This document shows, in pieces, positions 21,084 through 32,073 of a stretch of 64,000 nt of DNA. The position numbers and the translations under genes are program-made. A model generated the notes under the pieces. The model worked only from the letters and a program-made list of their open reading frames with translations, did not search any database and was not told the origin of the DNA. Every line of letters begins with the position of its first letter. Position 1 is the first letter of the stretch. The stretch lies in contig VRVR01000005.1 in NCBI GenBank assembly GCA_009859145.1, forward strand, positions 426,153 to 490,152. The letters are read 5' to 3'. This DNA comes from Andalucia godoyi And28 (lineage: Eukaryota; Protista; Jakobida).

Positions 21084-24000
21084 TTAGGCTTTGGACAAAA
21101 CGGACTGCAGATTCTCCTGTTCCTCTGATGTCAGCTTGCTGAATTCTCGATGCAGCACATCTGCAGGAACCTGAGTTTGCATGCTCTTCAAGATTTGGCC
21201 AATCTTTTCCTGTGTTCCTTCCGTGATGAGCGACGACTCCACAATTCCGCCAAAGATCTTGATGAGCCGACCGATGTCTTTTGAGAGAGCGGTGTTGCCT
21301 GCTACGATCTGGTCGACAAAGAAGCCGTGCACAATGCGGCTCTCTTCATCGTCGCCTCCTACTGGGAGAAAAGACATCCAGAAGCCCCACGACTGTTCGC
21401 TGACAAGCTCGGGATGCGCACCGCCAAAAGTCTTCATGAATTTCTGCAGGGCAGAGACAGCATTGCAGCACACCGCTTCCCAGTCCTCAGACTTCTTCTT
21501 GTTTGCGGATTGCGACAAGAATGTCGTAAGAGTGTTCACACACTGAGAGAACAAGGGGGAGGACGGGAAACTGGCCGGGCTATGTTCGGCAAGAGCGCCG
21601 ATTCCATAAACACCGGCCTGGGCGACTTCGGCGTTGTTGAAGGACACGGCAGTTAACAGGATTTGAGCCAGCTTCGGGAACATTTCTGAATTCTCGAGCG
21701 CACCCTTCTCTACCAGATCGACAACAAAGCAGGTTCCCAGACGGACATCAAACGGCTCCTTGCTCGAAAGCGCAGTCTGAAATGCTGGCCAGAAAACAGC
21801 CATGATGCCCGGCATTGCCAACGCATTGTTCGTCTTCATCATCACTGCAAGAAAATCTTCAATCTCGCCGGCGACGGATTCCAGGCTGTCGCGCTCTTCA
21901 TTTTGGCGCACGGTGTCCTCATCGTCCTGCACCTGGGCGTGGGAATGCTTCTTGTGCTTCTTTGCGAAACTGGCAGCCAGCTTCTTCTTGTTCTCCAACG
22001 CATCCTTGAGCATGTCTGCACACGCTGCAAGGAAGGAAGTGATCAACTCCACATCCGCGCAACCTTCGCCGGCGAACGACATGCATTCGTGCAAACACGC
22101 AATGCAGACCGCAGCAGAATGCGCCTCTACTTCGACCTGCATGGCTGCGAGCAGCTGAGGAGCGAACATCTTGAACAATTCCTGCGAGTGCTGCCGAGTT
22201 GTCAGGGGCGGACTCACTTCGATTCCCTCATTCAAGCACCGAATCAACAACGGAGCCAATTGCCAGGCACTGATGCGAACCTCCTCGGAAAACGGGAACA
22301 TAAAGTGCTCAAAGATGACTTGAGACAGCTCCTTCACGTACGGGAGGAACGCCAGGGGTAGATCAGAAGCATAAGCAACCAGTGTGTTGAACGCCGCGGT
22401 CTTTTCCTGCAGAATGGCCGTGTTCAACGTCAAACGCTTCTCGCCCAGGCCCTTCACGGGCAACGAGATCAGCTCGCTTTCTTCACCACGCCGCATGTTT
22501 CTCAAAAGAGTGTCCACATTTGCAGCGGCATCATCGTCGACCGCAGACTGAAGACCCTCGGCCTTCTTTGCTGCTTGCGCAATCAGCGGTGGAACGACAG
22601 CTGGAATGTACGGAGCGAAATCGTTGCCAAGGCATTTTGCGATCCGAACCCACGCTGTCTGCAGATAGGCAATTTGAGGATCGTCGGTTTCCAACTTGGA
22701 CGACTGGGTGGAGAACATGATCTGCATAATCTCCAGGGCGTCTTTCGCAAACTGTTCCTTTCCAACAGACAATCCAATCAAAGAGGCAGCCTCGATCGCC
22801 TTTCCACGAAGAGTACGATACTCACGAGAAGTCGCAGTGTTCAATATTGTCTTCACAATAGGGATGAAGGTGTCGTAGTACTGCGTGAAGGATGTCTCGG
22901 ACGCTTCCGCAATCGCGGAGATGGCGCTCAGAGATTCCGCTTGGACGTACTGGACGGGTCGGTGAAGCAGCTCAAACATCTTTGCAAGAAGATTGTGCAG
23001 ATGTGGAGCGAGTGCTTTGGGCTGAAGGTGATCAACAAACAGAACCAATGCAGTGCACGTAAGGGCACAAACTCGAGGAGACGCATCGTCCAGCAATGCA
23101 ATCAAGGCTGGAAGGAGAGTCTTGTGGTGCTGTTTCTGGAAATTGGGTGCAAGATCATCGGAAAGCTGTGCGCAACAGTGGACTGCAGCGTGTCGAACAC
23201 GTTCATGGGTGTCGTGGAATGAATGCAGCAAGAACTTGACAAGAGTATCGACATGGCTAACCAGGGATCTCGCGCAGCCCTCCGCAATGTGTGCGAGCGC
23301 GAACAAACCTGCGGCTCGGACTCGCCAATCTGGATTCGACACATTCTGTTGCAGATATGTCAAAACGGTCTCCAGAATCTGCTTGCCCCCCACGGACATT
23401 GCAATCTGGTCAAATACACCCAGAGCAAAATCGTGCTCGGGATTCAAGTCCGAGTCTTCAACGTCCGTAACTTGCCACTTCGTCGAATCATGTTCCTCGA
23501 TATTGACGAGCATGTGAAACAGGATTTGAAGGAGCTGCCCGACAACCCTCGGGAGCTTTCGAATCGCGGATGCTTCTTCCTCGGCAAGATCCGCGACCAT
23601 CGAGATGGCCAACTTACGAATTGACCGCGGAATACTGTAATTTGACGCGATTTGCAGCATTGCCAAGCACACTGGCTCCAATTTTCCCGCAAAGAAAGCT
23701 GGCTGCTGAGTCGACAGATCAACCATAGCCGTCAGGACTCCGACCGACATGTCCTCGTCTCCCGCCACAAGCAGTTTTTCCAACAAACCGAGGACGACGG
23801 GCAAGAAGAACTGAAGCTGTGTGATCAATTCATCTTCTTCCACGGACTTCACGATTGCCAAGGCTGCAATCGCCGCCTCCTTTGCAATTCCCATAAGCTC
23901 TGGCGCGGTTTCTTGGATACCAGCCTGGATCACAGGCACAAGCTGGGGCAAGAACGGCTTCAAACCGTCATTAAGCAGTACATCTGACAGCTGCTTCCAG

Positions 24001-24470
24001 AACAAGAGCGCACACTCCCGAACTGCAAGCGACCGACGATCGATCGAAGCTTGATGTTGCGCAGATTGCAGTGCATATGCAAACAGCTCGGGCCACAACG
24101 ACGGTGCTGCCGAAGGATCCTCCATATTCTGGATCATTGATCCTGCAAAAGACGACGCAGCGTCCGAGATTTTGCGCACAACAGACGGGTCTTGCTCTGC
24201 GACAAGACAAGACACGATCGTTGCCTGCAAATGCTGGCGCTCCTCAGGCGAGAGATGTGGAATAAGCCAAGTTTCGTCATTTCCGACTGCTTTTCTCAGC
24301 AGCACGGCGGCCATAGAGCGAATAGCAGAGTCTGGATTCGACTGAAGTGCAGTGCAAAGGCCGAAAAGGTACGGTACGGGTTGCTGGGCCTTGGCCGTCT
24401 CCAATTCTTCCGTCGCAGACCGGACTGTCGCTGGATCCAATGCTCGTTGCAGAGATGGTGCCAGATCCAT
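21084..24470 (-). CDS. IPO5: Importin-5 / Kap121 (karyopherin beta-3)
   Basis: 1128 aa HEAT-repeat protein with RSMAAVLLRK, WRVRAAGLFALAHIAEGC, RVRHAAVHCCAQLSDD, LRGKAIEAASLIGLSVGKEQF and DDPQIAYLQTAWVRIAKCLG. Confidence 0.93.
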   Translation of the reverse strand: MDLAPSLQRALDPATVRSATEELETAKAQQPVPYLFGLCTALQSNPDSAIRSMAAVLLRKAVGNDETWLIPHLSPEERQHLQATIVSCLVAEQDPSVVRKISDAASSFAGSMIQNMEDPSAAPSLWPELFAYALQSAQHQASIDRRSLAVRECALLFWKQLSDVLLNDGLKPFLPQLVPVIQAGIQETAPELMGIAKEAAIAALAIVKSVEEDELITQLQFFLPVVLGLLEKLLVAGDEDMSVGVLTAMVDLSTQQPAFFAGKLEPVCLAMLQIASNYSIPRSIRKLAISMVADLAEEEASAIRKLPRVVGQLLQILFHMLVNIEEHDSTKWQVTDVEDSDLNPEHDFALGVFDQIAMSVGGKQILETVLTYLQQNVSNPDWRVRAAGLFALAHIAEGCARSLVSHVDTLVKFLLHSFHDTHERVRHAAVHCCAQLSDDLAPNFQKQHHKTLLPALIALLDDASPRVCALTCTALVLFVDHLQPKALAPHLHNLLAKMFELLHRPVQYVQAESLSAISAIAEASETSFTQYYDTFIPIVKTILNTATSREYRTLRGKAIEAASLIGLSVGKEQFAKDALEIMQIMFSTQSSKLETDDPQIAYLQTAWVRIAKCLGNDFAPYIPAVVPPLIAQAAKKAEGLQSAVDDDAAANVDTLLRNMRRGEESELISLPVKGLGEKRLTLNTAILQEKTAAFNTLVAYASDLPLAFLPYVKELSQVIFEHFMFPFSEEVRISAWQLAPLLIRCLNEGIEVSPPLTTRQHSQELFKMFAPQLLAAMQVEVEAHSAAVCIACLHECMSFAGEGCADVELITSFLAACADMLKDALENKKKLAASFAKKHKKHSHAQVQDDEDTVRQNEERDSLESVAGEIEDFLAVMMKTNNALAMPGIMAVFWPAFQTALSSKEPFDVRLGTCFVVDLVEKGALENSEMFPKLAQILLTAVSFNNAEVAQAGVYGIGALAEHSPASFPSSPLFSQCVNTLTTFLSQSANKKKSEDWEAVCCNAVSALQKFMKTFGGAHPELVSEQSWGFWMSFLPVGGDDEESRIVHGFFVDQIVAGNTALSKDIGRLIKIFGGIVESSLITEGTQEKIGQILKSMQTQVPADVLHREFSKLTSEEQENLQSVLSKA

Positions 24471-24862
24471 TTTCCTCTTGATTTACGACTACTGTAATAT
24501 AAAATAATTATCGTATTCGTGTTCGATCAAATTGTGACAATAAAACTCGTCCAAGGAACGGAGCAGGAACACGAAAAAAGAAAATTAGTAATAATGATAG
24601 TAAACAAACTCTAAAAAGATGGGAAAACGAAGAAGGAAACACGAGTCAAAACGAGATGAGAAATATGCGAGAAAGGTCGGATTGCTTCTTTGTGCTTTCC
24701 CAGGGTTTTCTTAAATAAGGGTCTTTTTGCGCGAAACCATTGGCGGGAATGGTCTTTTGAAAAATGTAGTCTCAAGCAGAGATAGGTTGATGCTATTCGA
24801 TACTTTTGCGAGAAGAAGCTTTTCCGTTTTCCGATTGGAGCGTTGTGTCGAGTCTGTTGACC

Positions 24863-24864
<2 letters not shown>

Positions 24865-24942
<78 letters not shown>

Positions 24943-24948
24943 TCTCTC
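24865..24948 (+). repeat. (CT)n microsatellite upstream of the TPR gene
   Basis: Direct reading. Confidence 0.95.
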
Positions 24949-24988
24949 AAAAATCTTCTTTTCTCCCGTGATTGAACATAGAAGGACA

Positions 24989-26761
24989 ATGCAACCGAAT
25001 CGATTTGCGGGTGGACACACGAGCAATCCACCTTCTTTCATGACGATTGCTTCGTTTCCATCTTCATCATCGTCATCATCGTCATCATCATCATTACTGT
25101 CTTCACCGACCAGCGCATCCACTCTAGTATTACCATCAACATCATTTTCTTCTTCGTCTTCTTCTTCTTCGTCGTCTTCTTCTTCCAACGTGCCGCCGAC
25201 AAGCCCGCGACTTCGTGAGCAGCTGGATTTGAGAAGGCATGTCGCGTCGCTGATTCGAAACAATGATTTGCTTTCTGCACGCAACGAGCTTCGTGTTTGT
25301 CGAGTAGCTGGTGAGAAACGAGCCCAAGTCGCGATCCGGGACCAGGCGCATGACCATTTGGCATTGTCACTTGTGTCGCTACTGCAAAATAGACTGCAGG
25401 ATGCGAAATCGGAATTGATGGTTGCGTGGAATATGATCTCTGCACCACCCAGCGCTCCAATCCCGATCTTGAATGATGGCAATTCTGTGCATCTCAACAG
25501 CCATGTGCACAGGAACAACAACACCACCACCACCAACACCAACACCACCAATAACAATAACAATAGCAATAATAGCAGCGGTAACAGCAGCAACGTGCAC
25601 TTGAACACGAATAATAGTTTCATCAATACAGGGAGTGGTGGAGACCATACGGCCGCTCGGTCTCCGCCGCGATTCAGCCAGCCGTATCCAACGGATGGGT
25701 CGCCATCCGTGAACTCATTATTCGCCACAAGCGGAAGTGCTCGGCTGAACGCCATCCTGGCTTCTTCTCCAAGTTCACTAAGCAGTACGACCGCCATCCA
25801 GCAGCTGCTGAAGAGCAATCCGGCCATTGTGCAGCTTATGACGAGGTCCACGCTCTTCTCGCGACACATGGACAAGGAAGTCCATTTGCCCGTCCACGAT
25901 ACAGAGTTGTTTGTCAACATGTGCGTGATGTGCTGCTGGATCGCAGAACATGCAAAATTGGCGGTCGGATACAGACTCGATATGGCGGCCCGGTTAGTTT
26001 CGTCTTCTGAATTAATCTATGGAAAGGAACATCGATCTACTGTGTCTGCAAAATCATATCTTGCCGAGATTTTATTGAAACACCAGCACTACCTCCCAGC
26101 GCTGGAGCTCTTCTCCGAGGTTGCAGCCTCACGATTGCTGTTCCCAAAAGACAGTCCGCTGTTTATTTCGTCTCAAACCAACCTTGCTCTTTCATTCTAC
26201 TTGCTCGGGTGTGTGGAGGAAGCAATGGATGAGATCTGCGTGGTTCCGGTCCCCGATTACCAATCCGAGCCGGAGCTTGCTTGCCACCATTTACATCTTC
26301 GTGCTCTGTTGTTCGAAGTATCCGGGAGTCATATGCGAGCGCTGGAGCACATCCGGCAGAGTTGCCAGGTTTTGCGGGTGTTTTCGTCGTTTGATTCGCT
26401 GAGCGGCGCGCACGTACTGTTCACGGCTTCTAGGATCTTTGGATCTTTGGGGATGCTGGAAGATGCGTTTCGCTGCTTGATACGCAGTCTAGGTGTTTTT
26501 GAAAAGTCGCTTGGCCATTCCCATCCTTACACCGGCCTCGCGTATCTCTCTCTCGGAAAACTCTACATCAAATTTAAAGAGTTTGCAAAGGCATGTGTCT
26601 TGTTGGCGGCGGCCAGGGATATCTTGAGCGCGGCGGGCGAGCCGTACGACATTCATAATGCAGATGCTCGACGTGATCTCGCGGATTGCTGCAGCAAGTT
26701 GTCCTTCATGGATGAAGAGTATCTGGTTGACGAGCTGGTCATCGAGCCAACCTTTTCTTGA
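24989..26761 (+). CDS. TPR-repeat protein with an N-terminal Ser/Asn low-complexity region
   Basis: ATG 24989 (MQPNRF). TPR_12-like units ELIYGKEHRSTVSAKSYLAEIL and EKSLGHSHPYTGLAYLSLGKLY. Confidence 0.7.
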   Translation: MQPNRFAGGHTSNPPSFMTIASFPSSSSSSSSSSSLLSSPTSASTLVLPSTSFSSSSSSSSSSSSSNVPPTSPRLREQLDLRRHVASLIRNNDLLSARNELRVCRVAGEKRAQVAIRDQAHDHLALSLVSLLQNRLQDAKSELMVAWNMISAPPSAPIPILNDGNSVHLNSHVHRNNNTTTTNTNTTNNNNNSNNSSGNSSNVHLNTNNSFINTGSGGDHTAARSPPRFSQPYPTDGSPSVNSLFATSGSARLNAILASSPSSLSSTTAIQQLLKSNPAIVQLMTRSTLFSRHMDKEVHLPVHDTELFVNMCVMCCWIAEHAKLAVGYRLDMAARLVSSSELIYGKEHRSTVSAKSYLAEILLKHQHYLPALELFSEVAASRLLFPKDSPLFISSQTNLALSFYLLGCVEEAMDEICVVPVPDYQSEPELACHHLHLRALLFEVSGSHMRALEHIRQSCQVLRVFSSFDSLSGAHVLFTASRIFGSLGMLEDAFRCLIRSLGVFEKSLGHSHPYTGLAYLSLGKLYIKFKEFAKACVLLAAARDILSAAGEPYDIHNADARRDLADCCSKLSFMDEEYLVDELVIEPTFS

Positions 26762-27111
26762 CTACTCCTTTTTTATTTTCTTTATTATTTTTCTTTATTA
26801 TTTTTCTTTATTAATTTATTGGTTAATTTATTGTTTTAATTTATTATTTTTCCACTTCCTCTCTGGTCTGCTTTGTACTTATTCAAACTCGGTGTGTTGT
26901 AGCAGTAGACTTTCCGCTCGCATGTATCAATATGCATGTATAAAATTTCGACCTCTGCTGCGTGGCTGGCGGCTTGATGCTAACTAATTGTTTTGCTTTG
27001 CGCTGCTGTTTGATTTTGACACTGTTCTTTTTCATATATACATACATATATATATATATATCTGTCTTGTACTGTGTGCAGAGGACTACGCCCTTGTATG
27101 TGAACGCGTAG

Positions 27112-30078
27112 ATGAGCCATGTGCGAAAGCGCTTCCGCTACCCGTTCGTCGAGACGGAGAGCGATTCAGGATCGCCTCGGAAACGCCATCGAATGATTCG
27201 AAAGCAGCTGAAAATCAACGGTCGCATTGATGTGCGGAACGCAGATGCTGGCGGCGACTACGGTGTGCACTATGACAATGGCAATGGCAATGATGAGCCC
27301 CTTTATGTACGCACTGTTGCTGGAAGCGGCGGCGCCAACGACCGAACTGTGCCACGTGGTGATCATAAGAGCGATGATAATGACAGTGATGATGATTCAA
27401 TGAGAACTTTCCGAGGATCTAGCTCCATTTTGCACAAAGCACCTCGTGTTTTGAATATGGATGATTTTTCATTTAATCTCACACAAGAGAATGGATACGC
27501 CGTGGAAAGTGGGTTGGGAAGTGATTCAGGGGATGAAGGTGGCTCAGACAATGATGACAGCGATTCTGCTGCGGACTCGGGGGTTGAAAATGGATCGGAA
27601 AGGTCGCGCCATCCGCTTCGTCGGCAAGCGAAGAGTGTATCCAAAAATCGAGGAGGAAGAGCAATTTTGCAGCCAGGATCGGCCTCTGCTGCTCAGGGGC
27701 TCGAAATGAGAAGGAAGAGTCCCAAACGTGCTGATCGTCTCGATGTCGACGAGGGAGATGTTGACAACGCTCCAGTTCATGAGAGTGACGAGGACAGTGG
27801 TGATGACGATGACGAAGAGGTGGAAGAGGAGGAGGAGGAGGAGGAGGAGAAGAAGAAGAAAGGGGATCGGGTACGGGCAAGACCGACGTCGTACCTCCCT
27901 CGGCGAATTGTCGATCGACATCAGGCAGAGAGGACCCGTCCGATTGCACCGCGGATGATGACTCCACAGAGTTTGCGAAGAACAGCAATCCCGACATCGA
28001 TAGTGGGTCAGACCGATGTTGTGGAAATTCCGAATGGAAAGTACGCATTGCGACCAAGGAGAGTTGCAAACGTCGAAAATGAATACGCAAGCCCATGGGT
28101 GAAGAGAAGGCACAGAAAACGCGGTTCACATGCGAAGGCGGATGCTACCCACAAGGTTTCCAATGTTGTGAGACGAAGGACGGTGACGGCGAAACTTCCC
28201 CGTGGGAAGAATGCAAAGTCCGCAATCGCAAAGGATGTTTTGGGATCTGTGCCGTCGTCGTCGTCGTCTTCGTCTTCATCATCGTCTTCATCGTCGAGCT
28301 CAGATATGTCACATGAAGCAAAGATCAGGAAACGTGCGCGAATCAGTGATATTGATCCGCTGTCTGTAGATGCATCAGTAACGTGGCAGGTCGTGGGTGG
28401 ACTCGATGAACATGTTCGGGCATTGAAGGAGATGGTGATGCTTCCCTTGTTACATCCACAATTGTTCGAGAACTTGGGCGTGCAAGCGCCTCGCGGAGTC
28501 TTGTTTTATGGACCACCCGGTACGGGAAAGACTCTTTGTGCGCGTGCGCTGTGTAATGCTTGCATAGGGTTGGGTAAGCCCATCTCGTTCTTTATGCGCA
28601 AGGGCGCAGATGTATTGTCGAAGTGGGTAGGAGAATCGGAAAAGGCTCTTCGATTGCTGTTTGAAGAAGCACAAAAGCGCCAGCCGTCCGTGATTTTCTT
28701 TGACGAAATTGATGGACTTGCTCCTGTGCGATCCTCTCGGCAAGACTACATCCATGCTTCAGTCGTCTCCACATTGCTTGCTCTCATGGATGGCCTCGAT
28801 GCTCGCGGTCAAGTCATTATCATCGGTGCGACAAATCGAATTGATGCAATCGATCCCGCTCTTCGGCGACCCGGCCGATTTGACCGCGAACTCCATTTTG
28901 TTCTGCCCGACGCGTCAGCTCGTCTGCAGATTCTCGAAATCCATGCCAGAAAGCTGAATGTCCAGTCGCCGTTCCTGCAACGACTTGCAATTCAAACGAC
29001 TGGATTTGCCGGAGCTGATCTCAAGGCGCTGTGCGCTGAAGCTTCCTTGATCGCCTTGCGGCGCTTGTATCCACAGATGCTGGATCTTGCGCAACAGGAT
29101 CGCGATCATCCTCAGGCTCTTACCGTCGCAGTCGAGGAGTCGGACTTTCTTTCCGGCTTGCGGAAGATTGTTCCGGCATCGGCTCGCTCAGGAACTCCAC
29201 ATGCGACACCTCTTCCTGAGCATCTCATCTCCTGTCTGATCGATGGCTATCGGTCTGCTTGTTTGTTTATTCGGCGAGTATTTCCACAATGTGGTCAGAT
29301 TCTCGACTTTTCCATCGAATCGCTGCAGCAGCAAATTCATCTCCAATCCGACGCAGGACAACCCGATTCCCCGCCTTTGCCAAGCTCGCCACCCGCACTG
29401 GTGATTCAACATGATCCACTGGTCTCCTACACTGTTTTCCGCCCATGGGTGCTGTTGTGTCCGCCGAATCTGTCCGATTACGTCGGTCAGCACGAGATAC
29501 TACGGAACTTGTCACTTGCTCTCGATCGGTTTTCTCAAGTCAATGTTGAATTCTCTGCTTTGGTTTCCGACACGAATTCTCGCAGTCCAGAAGAGGCGTG
29601 CATTCGTGCCTTTGCTCTCGCACGCAAAAATGCTCCCGCTGTCATACACTTCCCCATGATTGATCGCTGGTGGTCCTGTGCGTCCGACTCTCTGCAGAGT
29701 GCACTGCTGTCGTGCTTCTATCAGATGCCCCGGCACTCTTCTGTTCTCGTCATTGCGTCTACGGACCTGCCGGTGTCGAAGCTTCCGTTGCCACTGCAGC
29801 ATGTGTTTCGTGAATCGACGCTAACCTTGCCTTCCATCTCTCACGACAAGAAATGGGCGGTATTAGAAAAGTCTCTGTCATGGCTCGAATCCTGTTTACT
29901 GAACCCGGAGAAAACTTGGACCGATTTCAAAGCCAAGATCAAGAAGAAGGCGTTTCAAATGGATCTTGATGATGTCGACAGACTTTGCGTTCGCCTTCTT
30001 GCAGTGCAACATCAGGTGTTTGAAGGTGCCGTCCGTTCGTTGAACATTGATGATATCGTTGCGTCCATTCTTGGCTGA
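27112..30078 (+). CDS. ATAD2: ATAD2/Yta7-like AAA+ ATPase with no recognisable bromodomain
   Basis: DIDPL, VGGLDEHVRALKEMVMLPLLHP, GPPGTGKT, FFMRKGADVLSKWVGESE, FFDEIDGLAPVRSSRQ, IHASVVSTLLALMDG and ALRRPGRFDRE, followed by a degenerate second AAA domain. Confidence 0.88.
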   Translation: MSHVRKRFRYPFVETESDSGSPRKRHRMIRKQLKINGRIDVRNADAGGDYGVHYDNGNGNDEPLYVRTVAGSGGANDRTVPRGDHKSDDNDSDDDSMRTFRGSSSILHKAPRVLNMDDFSFNLTQENGYAVESGLGSDSGDEGGSDNDDSDSAADSGVENGSERSRHPLRRQAKSVSKNRGGRAILQPGSASAAQGLEMRRKSPKRADRLDVDEGDVDNAPVHESDEDSGDDDDEEVEEEEEEEEEKKKKGDRVRARPTSYLPRRIVDRHQAERTRPIAPRMMTPQSLRRTAIPTSIVGQTDVVEIPNGKYALRPRRVANVENEYASPWVKRRHRKRGSHAKADATHKVSNVVRRRTVTAKLPRGKNAKSAIAKDVLGSVPSSSSSSSSSSSSSSSSDMSHEAKIRKRARISDIDPLSVDASVTWQVVGGLDEHVRALKEMVMLPLLHPQLFENLGVQAPRGVLFYGPPGTGKTLCARALCNACIGLGKPISFFMRKGADVLSKWVGESEKALRLLFEEAQKRQPSVIFFDEIDGLAPVRSSRQDYIHASVVSTLLALMDGLDARGQVIIIGATNRIDAIDPALRRPGRFDRELHFVLPDASARLQILEIHARKLNVQSPFLQRLAIQTTGFAGADLKALCAEASLIALRRLYPQMLDLAQQDRDHPQALTVAVEESDFLSGLRKIVPASARSGTPHATPLPEHLISCLIDGYRSACLFIRRVFPQCGQILDFSIESLQQQIHLQSDAGQPDSPPLPSSPPALVIQHDPLVSYTVFRPWVLLCPPNLSDYVGQHEILRNLSLALDRFSQVNVEFSALVSDTNSRSPEEACIRAFALARKNAPAVIHFPMIDRWWSCASDSLQSALLSCFYQMPRHSSVLVIASTDLPVSKLPLPLQHVFRESTLTLPSISHDKKWAVLEKSLSWLESCLLNPEKTWTDFKAKIKKKAFQMDLDDVDRLCVRLLAVQHQVFEGAVRSLNIDDIVASILG

Positions 30079-30173
30079 TGAGGGAGGGGGAGCGGGAGGG
30101 GTGTTCGTCTTGTCCTCGTCTCCCCTCCCCGCCCATCCCCTCCCCACGCACGACGCTGACCAACGGATTGCAG

Positions 30174-31625
30174 CTATGGTTTGCACTCGCTTTCTTCAAA
30201 CTCGAATTCCAGCTTTTGCTTTGCATCCCCATCGTGCACGTCTGCTGGGATACGAAAATCGATGGAGGGATTCGTTGGAATCTCCACAGTGACACCGTTC
30301 GCAGGGTACCAACACGGCACACCGACTTCGTCTTCAACTCGCTTTTGGAAAATGGCCATTTTCTCCTTTTCGCCGTGTACCAGGAGAACGCCTTTGGGAC
30401 GCATTTGTGAAATCACTCGCATGATGCCTGCGGCGTCTGCATGTGCCGAGAAGCTCATGTAGTCGACCCGACATTCGACAGACAAGGAGGTTTTCTTGTC
30501 GATCTCTACTTTTTTGGTCTCATCAACATTGAGTACCTTGTATCCTACCGTTCCCTTGACGCAGTACCCGGGGAATATGACGAGGTTTCGTGCATCCGTT
30601 GCAATCCTCTTGAAAACCTTGAGAGACGTTCCTGCGTGAAGCATTCCTGGACTTGCCAAGATGACGCACGGCTCCTCTCGATCCAAGCACTCCATGTCAA
30701 ACGATGTAATGTGCTTGAAGTTGAATACATTATTTTGCTGCTCAAACGACCTTTTCACTGCCTCATTTGTCCAGTTAATGAACAGCTGGTAGTAGCTTCC
30801 TGCCTTTTCCACCATGCCAGCCGAAAAGTAGATTGGGATCGTCAGCCCCATCCGATCCCAAAACGATTCGAGGAGGACGCATAGCTCTTGTGCTCTGCCG
30901 AGGGCGAACACCGGAATCAGCACTTTCCCTCGCTGCTCCGTCACGCACTTCAGGACGTCGTTCAAGAACTCCATCTCGCGATTGCGCTTCAGATCGCGAA
31001 TCGTGGTGCAGTACGTCGTCTCCGTGATGAGCAAGTCTGGGTGCACTCTGTCCACCTTGCAGGAGCCCAGATGCCTGTCTGCCGTGGTATTGTAGTCCCC
31101 CGAGTATACTACAGACTCGCCCCCGGACTTTACGTAAAACATGGATGCTCCAATGACGTGACCCGCATAAAATGTTCGGATCTCGGTGTCGTCATCAAGG
31201 TACACGGTCTGGTTGATCCCGAGTGGAATGACGCGATCCATGCACTTTGCAATGTCCTCTGATGTATAGAACCCCTCTTCGTCTCGCCTACCAACTGCAA
31301 TTTTTCGGAAATCCTCGAGCAGTATTGGAGCAATCGCTCTCGTAGGAAGCGTCATGTACACCGGACCCGTGAATCCAAATCGCTCTGTCAGTTCCGGAAG
31401 TGCCCCCGAGTGGTCCAAATGAAAATGGGTAATGATCACCGCGTCCAGCACATCATTCATCGTCCGGGAATCGCCGCGCGTCAAGAACCGAAAGTCTGGA
31501 AACCGCCGAGCATCTGTGTACATCATGTGCATTCCACAATCAAACATGATGTTCTTCCTTCCAACAGTCACCACCACACACGATCGACCAACATCTTGGC
31601 CTGCTCCCAGGGGCAATACTCGCAT
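30174..31625 (-). CDS. INTS11: Integrator subunit 11 (CPSF73-like MBL/beta-CASP nuclease)
   Basis: MRVLPLGAGQDVGRSC, FDCGMHM..TDARRFPDF, THFHLDHSG, GDYNTTADRHLG, IPVFALGRAQEL and SFSAHAD. Confidence 0.9.
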   Translation of the reverse strand: MRVLPLGAGQDVGRSCVVVTVGRKNIMFDCGMHMMYTDARRFPDFRFLTRGDSRTMNDVLDAVIITHFHLDHSGALPELTERFGFTGPVYMTLPTRAIAPILLEDFRKIAVGRRDEEGFYTSEDIAKCMDRVIPLGINQTVYLDDDTEIRTFYAGHVIGASMFYVKSGGESVVYSGDYNTTADRHLGSCKVDRVHPDLLITETTYCTTIRDLKRNREMEFLNDVLKCVTEQRGKVLIPVFALGRAQELCVLLESFWDRMGLTIPIYFSAGMVEKAGSYYQLFINWTNEAVKRSFEQQNNVFNFKHITSFDMECLDREEPCVILASPGMLHAGTSLKVFKRIATDARNLVIFPGYCVKGTVGYKVLNVDETKKVEIDKKTSLSVECRVDYMSFSAHADAAGIMRVISQMRPKGVLLVHGEKEKMAIFQKRVEDEVGVPCWYPANGVTVEIPTNPSIDFRIPADVHDGDAKQKLEFEFEESECKP

Positions 31626-31628
31626 CCC

Positions 31629-31774
<146 letters not shown>

Positions 31775-32073
31775 ATATGCTGCGCCAATCGACATTCACA
31801 CGCGGTTCGCATACTACAGGAAACGTGCATCCTCAAGTACAGCCTCATTCTACGCGTACGAACAAACGCGTGTGACCGCAGACAAGCGACAAGTCAGCCA
31901 AGAGCAATGCTCATCACGGCAGAAAATGTTAATTGAACATAACAGAATGAATGAAAAGAAAAGGAAAACGAGAAATTTCATTGACGAAGCTACATATACG
32001 CAAAGTAATAAGGGTTTTCTTGCATGTTCATAAAGCTGCCCCAGAATGGGAACCACGGTGATTGCGGTCCATT

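Noticed and set aside
24793-25920. 375 aa minus-strand ORF and similar ERERER/SLSLSL or poly-L/V ORFs (e.g. 24711-25031, 31410-32033, 48729-49019)
   Set aside because: These are antisense shadows of real genes or read-through of microsatellites, not proteins.
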